A DNA stretch of 62,444 nucleotides, from the NCBI GenBank assembly GCA_963705105.1, contig CAVPIW010000002.1, forward strand, positions 1 through 62,444, given 5' to 3'. A model generated the notes under the pieces. That model saw only the letters and a list, made by a program, of their open reading frames with translations. It searched no databases and was not told the DNA's origin. A program made the position numbers and the translations under genes. Positions within the stretch are counted from its first letter, which is position 1. Each line of letters begins with the position of its first letter. Below are positions 61,208 through 62,444 of the stretch, in pieces. This stretch comes from an uncultured Nitrospiraceae bacterium. GTDB taxonomy: Bacteria; Nitrospirota; Thermodesulfovibrionia; Thermodesulfovibrionales; Dissulfurispiraceae.

Positions 61208-62444
61208 ATGATACTCTCGAATTTTTCAAAGATCTTTCCCTGTGAGGGAAAACCTGGTTATCAGCTCCTCTACTCGACGAAGAGGGCATCGTCCCTGCTC
61301 GTCCATGATTCAGTCATACAGTCCCTGCAGGAAGGACGCATCGCCGGCGATGAACAGCAGCTCCTCGAGCATCTCGGGTTTCTCGTCCGGAGCATCGAAG
61401 AGGAGGTACGGGAGATTCTCAGTATCATGGACAGCATGAACAGGACCGCCCGCCTGTTCAGCGCCATGGTCGTGCTGAATCTCGACTGCAATCTCGCCTG
61501 CACCTACTGCTATGAAGGGGCGATGAAAGGGCGGCACTTCATGTCCGACGAGACGGCAGACGCCCTCATCGGGTTCCTCGAAAGGGAGCACATCGAACAG
61601 GGAAGGAGCATCCACCTCGATTTTTACGGTGGTGAGCCGTTGCTCAGCCAGAGACTCATTGCCGCGATCTCGGGGAGACTGAAGACGTCGGCGGAGCGCC
61701 GGGGACTTTCCTGCTCCTTCAATCTCATAACGAACGGCACCCTCCTGACCAGGAAGGCCGTCGAGAGCATGCTTCCCCTTGGATTGAAGGGCGCCAAGAT
61801 CACCCTCGACGGTCCCAGGGATGTTCATGACGAGCTGCGTCCTTTTAAATCCGGGGCCGGCAGTTATGACCTCATTGTCAGGAATGTCAGGGAGACCTGC
61901 GATCTCATCGAGATTCAGGTCGGCGGCAATTACAGCAGGGAGACCTATGAGAGACTTCCCGATCTTCTCGGTCAGCTCATTGCCGGGGGCATAAAGCCCG
62001 CTGATATCTCGATGGTCAAGTTCACGCCGATCCTCAAAGTGAGCAGCGAGTTCGCAACACCCGAATCAATGGGGGGGTGCATCACGATCGATGAGCCCTG
62101 GCTCATTGAGGCAAGCATCTTTCTCAGGGAGGAGATCCTCAAGAGGGGCTTTACGACGCAGAAGGTACAGCCGTCAATCTGTATGGTCGAAATGGAAAAC
62201 GACATCGTCGTCAATCACGACGGTGCGCTCTACAAGTGCCCGGCCTTTCTCGGACTGAAGGATTTCGAAGCCGGAAACTTGCAGACAGGGATCAAAGGCT
62301 ATGGTGAGTCTCATAACCTCGGTTATTGGAAAAAAGAAGAATGCCTGACCTGTTCGTACCTCCCTCTCTGCTTCGGCGGGTGCAGGTACATGAAATTCCT
62401 CAGGGACGGACGGGTGGATGACGTAGACTGCAGGAAGGACTATC
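61208..62444 (+). CDS. Radical SAM/SPASM peptide maturase (geopeptide-maturase-like), 3' end outside the window
   Basis: Open frame from ATG 61208: LNLDCNLACTYCYE (CxxxCxxC), FYGGEPLL, TNGTLL, ITLDG; SPASM CMVE...LYKCP...CLTCSYLPLCFGGCRY...DC. Confidence 0.92.
   Translation, partial: MILSNFSKIFPCEGKPGYQLLYSTKRASSLLVHDSVIQSLQEGRIAGDEQQLLEHLGFLVRSIEEEVREILSIMDSMNRTARLFSAMVVLNLDCNLACTYCYEGAMKGRHFMSDETADALIGFLEREHIEQGRSIHLDFYGGEPLLSQRLIAAISGRLKTSAERRGLSCSFNLITNGTLLTRKAVESMLPLGLKGAKITLDGPRDVHDELRPFKSGAGSYDLIVRNVRETCDLIEIQVGGNYSRETYERLPDLLGQLIAGGIKPADISMVKFTPILKVSSEFATPESMGGCITIDEPWLIEASIFLREEILKRGFTTQKVQPSICMVEMENDIVVNHDGALYKCPAFLGLKDFEAGNLQTGIKGYGESHNLGYWKKEECLTCSYLPLCFGGCRYMKFLRDGRVDDVDCRKDY

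Noticed and set aside
1..62444. tRNA, rRNA, intron or known riboswitch
   Set aside because: None recognised by eye; an Rfam/tRNAscan search would be needed to exclude them.

Overview
A GC-rich bacterial chromosome segment from a dissimilatory sulfur-cycling anaerobe. Gene content and order suggest Nitrospirota/Thermodesulfovibrionia, which is an inference. It contains (i) a left-end accessory block: S74-chaperone fibre-like protein, repetitive surface protein, AbrB-RelE toxin-antitoxin pair and a cytochrome c/FeS/NrfD redox module; (ii) housekeeping genes (cysC-like, dnaE-accA, ftsY, mreBCD-mrdA-rodA, ribH-nusB, cutA, smc); (iii) a reductive-type dsr locus (dsrABD, dsrN, dsrC, dsrT, dsrMKJOP) facing a convergent dsrH-dsrE-dsrF-tusA-like operon; (iv) a right-end cassette in which a TonB-dependent receptor, two tandem 40-aa precursor peptides and a radical SAM/SPASM enzyme are transcribed divergently from a periplasmic binding protein and a hybrid histidine kinase. 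Cassette (iv) is a candidate RiPP peptide-signalling system. Elements the ORF track misses or truncates: the second peptide gene, the radical SAM gene (runs off the window), a 71-aa glutaredoxin-like selenoprotein with two in-frame UGA codons each followed by a SECIS-like hairpin, and about 12 copies of a modular, nesting MITE-like family with 4-bp target duplications. DsrJ carries an OmpA-type domain fusion. Four genes, including dsrP, carry single-base frameshifts that may be assembly errors. All family assignments come from motif recognition; no database search was run.
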